Shown here: positions 33,272 through 35,081 of the stretch, piece after piece
Layout of the letters: every line of letters begins with the position of its first letter
How positions within the stretch are numbered: the first letter of the stretch is position 1
Assembly: GCA_030704765.1 (NCBI GenBank)
Contig: JAUYDD010000164.1
Location: 1-35,081, forward strand
DNA: 35,081 nucleotides
Source of the DNA: Nanobdellota archaeon
GTDB lineage: Archaea; Nanobdellota; Nanobdellia; Pacearchaeales; GW2011-AR1
Reading direction: 5' to 3'
Notes under the pieces: generated by a model
Seen by the model: the letters and a program-made list of their open reading frames with translations, nothing else
Databases searched by the model: none
What the model was told of the DNA's origin: nothing
Program-made: the position numbers and the translations under genes

Positions 33272-34855
33272 ATGGTAGACATAATCTTATTTCAACCTAA
33301 ATGCGGGATATGGGATATAATGGGTATAAGGGTGCCTATAGGATTATTGAGTATAGCTGCAGATCCAGTAAAAAAGGGGTATGAAACAGCCCTTATAGAC
33401 CAAAGAACTAGTATAAATTGGAAAGAAGAATTAAAAAAACAAATAAACTCAGGAGCAAAACTAGTATGCTTGACTACTATGGTTGGAGAACAGATAAAAT
33501 ACATGTTAGAGGTCTCTAAATTTATCAAATCAATAAATCCTAGAATTATCACAGTTCTTGGAGGAAGCTGGGCTCAGACAGAACCTGAAATGTGCATGCA
33601 GGATAAGAATCTTGATATTGTATGTTATGGAGAAGGAGACTACATATTATCAGAATTAATGGAATATATAAACAAAAAAAGAAAGATAGAGAATATATTA
33701 GGTATTATCTATAGAGATAAAGAAGGAAATTTAAGAAAAAACAAAGAAAGGGCTTTAATAAAAGATCTAGATGACTTACCTAAGATTCCGTATAATCTTA
33801 TTGATCTTAAAGATTATACTGCAGTGGGATTTAGAGCTGGAAAGCAATCTATATCCCTAGTATTAAGTAGAGGTTGTCCATATAGATGCACTTTTTGTTC
33901 GATTGTAAAATTTTATAATAGATCTTGGAGAGGTTATTCCTTAAAAAGGGTTATGGAAGATATAAATGAATTAGATATAAAATATAATATCAAGGATTTT
34001 TATTTCAATGATGATAATATTGCAGGCAATCCAAAAAGATTTTCAGAATTTGTAAAAATGCTTGTTGACAAAAACCGAGACTATAATTGGGGTATAGCTG
34101 GAATCAGAGCTGATACTATTTTAAGTCTTGATGAAGAAACCTTGCAAAACCTTGTAAAAAGCGGGTGTAAAAATTTAGATATAGGAGCTGAATCTGGAAG
34201 CCAAAGAATCCTAGATATGGTTCATAAGGATGAAAGTTTAGAAAAAATTAGAGAAGCAAATAAAAGACTTTCTAAATATCCTTTGATTGTAAAATACACT
34301 TTTATGGGAGGCTTTCCAACAGAGACTGAAAAAGAATTCTTAGAAACATTAAGATTCAAAAGAATTCTTGAAAAAGAAAACCCTCATGCAATAGGTCTTG
34401 TTTTTTTCTATACTCCTTTTCCAAGAACAGAAATGTTCTCCACAGCTGTGGGTCATGGATTAAATCCTCCTAAAAACCTTATTGAATGGGCTGATTTTAA
34501 TTATGACACTTGGACAAAAAAACAAGCATCCTGGCTTACAAAAAGAAAAATTAAATTAATTGAAAATTCTGTTTTTATATCTTATTTTGCTAATAATAAT
34601 CTTAGCTATAAATATCCAAATCCTTTGATGAATTTCATGTTCAAAACATATTATCCTCTTGCGAAATTCAGGTATGACAATAATTTCTATTCATTAATGA
34701 TTGAAAAAAAAGCAGCAGATGTTATTACAAAATTGAATGAAAAATATGATTTATTCAACAGGATAAAGAAAAAATCAAAAAAATTTTCTGAAATCAAAAA
34801 AATCTTTCATAAGATTTTTTGGAACATTCAAAATCTTTTAGAGATTTTGAAGTAA
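33272..34855 (+). CDS. B12-binding-domain radical SAM enzyme (class B)
   Basis: 527 aa. LLSIAADPVKKGYETALID, LGGSWAQTEPE, VCYGEGDYILSELM, then LVLSRGCPYRCTFCS (CxxxCxxC). Confidence 0.8.
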   Translation: MVDIILFQPKCGIWDIMGIRVPIGLLSIAADPVKKGYETALIDQRTSINWKEELKKQINSGAKLVCLTTMVGEQIKYMLEVSKFIKSINPRIITVLGGSWAQTEPEMCMQDKNLDIVCYGEGDYILSELMEYINKKRKIENILGIIYRDKEGNLRKNKERALIKDLDDLPKIPYNLIDLKDYTAVGFRAGKQSISLVLSRGCPYRCTFCSIVKFYNRSWRGYSLKRVMEDINELDIKYNIKDFYFNDDNIAGNPKRFSEFVKMLVDKNRDYNWGIAGIRADTILSLDEETLQNLVKSGCKNLDIGAESGSQRILDMVHKDESLEKIREANKRLSKYPLIVKYTFMGGFPTETEKEFLETLRFKRILEKENPHAIGLVFFYTPFPRTEMFSTAVGHGLNPPKNLIEWADFNYDTWTKKQASWLTKRKIKLIENSVFISYFANNNLSYKYPNPLMNFMFKTYYPLAKFRYDNNFYSLMIEKKAADVITKLNEKYDLFNRIKKKSKKFSEIKKIFHKIFWNIQNLLEILK

Positions 34856-34998
34856 TCGCCTACTCCATCCTGAAGGATGGAGTTTGATCGGCGATTTTTC
34901 TGATTCGGAAATTTTTAGGATGCTCGAAAATTGAATGCAAGTAAACTACCTCATGTCAAGAACCATGGAATAAATTCCATGGCGTGTTTGGTTCTTGA
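34854..34998 (+). repeat. GC-rich structured intergenic element, copy E1
   Basis: AATCGCC 34854-34860 pairs with GGCGATT 34890-34896, and ACTCCATCC 34862-34870 with GGATGGAGT 34875-34883 (loop TGAA). Core TTTTTAGGATGCTCGAAAATTGAA at 34912-34935 is 22/24 identical to 9924-9947. TCAAGAA 34956-34962 pairs with TTCTTGA 34992-34998, enclosing CCATGG 34963-34968 / CCATGG 34977-34982 with apex AATAAATT. Confidence 0.6.
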
Positions 34999-35003
34999 GC
35001 ACG

Positions 35004-35029
35004 TCAGAAATTTTTTAATAAATTTCTGA
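35004..35029. repeat. Hairpin TCAGAAATT/AATTTCTGA spanning the start of the terminal repeat
   Basis: Arms at 35004-35012 and 35021-35029, loop TTTTAATA. The 3' arm is also nt 2-10, so at the left end of the window the hairpin is complete only if the molecule is circular. Confidence 0.6.
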
Positions 35030-35081
35030 GCGCACCCAAAAAACTTCTGAAAGTTTTTTAGTGTGCTCCAAAATGCCTTCT
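35020..35081. repeat. Terminal direct repeat, right copy (identical to 1..62)
   Basis: See left copy. 62/62 identity, read by eye. Confidence 0.95.

Noticed and set aside
989-33552. About 25 short ORFs (61-119 aa) in the supplied track are nested inside longer CDS on the opposite strand or out of frame. Examples are 989..1228, 1432..1623, 2036..2299, 5257..5457, 6942..7154, 7194..7403, 7731..7967, 8409..8660, 9022..9255, 11778..11963, 11960..12151, 12281..12493, 13700..13885, 14271..14459, 15204..15464, 20469..20693, 21043..21240, 21260..21619, 24664..24951, 25107..25367, 27735..28010, 29602..29790, 30102..30302, 31327..31608 and 33292..33552.
   Set aside because: Each is fully or largely overlapped by a much longer ORF with recognisable domain motifs. 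Their translations are low-complexity, Ile/Phe/Leu/Ser-rich shadow products typical of antisense frames in AT-rich DNA. None shows a motif I recognise.
34963-34982. Archaeal origin-recognition-box-like palindrome (CCATGGAATAAATTCCATGG, containing TTCCATGG).
   Set aside because: It is only a loose resemblance to the TCCA-n-TGGA dyad of mini-ORBs. It is a single copy, no Orc1/Cdc6 gene is present, and it has no flanking AT-rich unwinding element distinct from the background. It is also the homologue of the inner hairpin in the other element copies. I kept it only as part of the junction-region hypothesis.
1-35081. CRISPR array, tandem repeat array, rRNA genes, IS elements, or a virus or phage genome.
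   Set aside because: I found no regularly spaced direct repeats with spacers and no long tandem repeats. There is no transposase, integrase or TnpB-like ORF. No capsid, portal, terminase or tail-like proteins are recognisable. No long GC-rich conserved rRNA-like segment is present.

Overview
This is a strongly AT-rich window (by eye about a quarter to a third G+C; not computed). Its first 62 nt and last 62 nt are identical, so it most simply closes into a 35,019-bp circle.

**Coding content.** I support 34 tightly packed protein-coding genes in 15 alternating strand blocks. Almost every recognisable product belongs to one theme: building and tailoring a lipid-linked or cell-surface glycan.
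- Glycosyltransferases: two stand-alone GT4-like enzymes plus a sugar-nucleotidyltransferase::GT4 fusion, three GT2 enzymes (one of them DPM1-like), and a GT9::Nudix fusion.
- Lipid-carrier and membrane steps: an ALG7/AglH-type GlcNAc-1-P transferase, two GT-C (ArnT/PMT-like) membrane transferases, a Wzx-like flippase and a UPF0104 'flippase-like' membrane protein.
- Tailoring enzymes: an extended-SDR sugar epimerase, five radical-SAM enzymes (four with B12-binding domains, one SPASM type) and four or five class I methyltransferases.
- Genes interspersed with these: queC, a nucleoside 2-deoxyribosyltransferase-like protein, a P-loop kinase, a 64-aa aIF5A-N-domain-like protein, a small wHTH-like protein, and DUF362, alkaline-phosphatase-superfamily, nucleotidyltransferase-like, GDPD-like and DUF4346-like proteins.

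I recognise no rRNA, tRNA, CRISPR array, transposase, integrase, replication, partition or virion gene.

**Likely origin (inference).** Several signals favour an archaeal, DPANN-like origin:
- the eukaryote/archaea-type GPT motif;
- TATA-like boxes centred about 25-30 nt upstream of first-gene ATGs, the leaderless style;
- an SD-like GAGGTGA seen only at an internal gene.

**Most unusual observations.**
1. An apparently circular 35-kb molecule has no replicon or mobility functions, and its whole cargo is glycan biosynthesis.
2. A family of GC-rich, highly structured intergenic elements shares a core (TTTT-nn-GRTGCTC-n-AAAAT) and an ATAAAT apex. Their stems differ in sequence but keep pairing.
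3. The density of class B radical-SAM enzymes and methyltransferases in a glycan locus is exceptional.
4. Two uncommon domain fusions are present, along with an SDR whose catalytic Tyr position reads Leu.

All functional calls come from motif recognition by eye. No database search was run.
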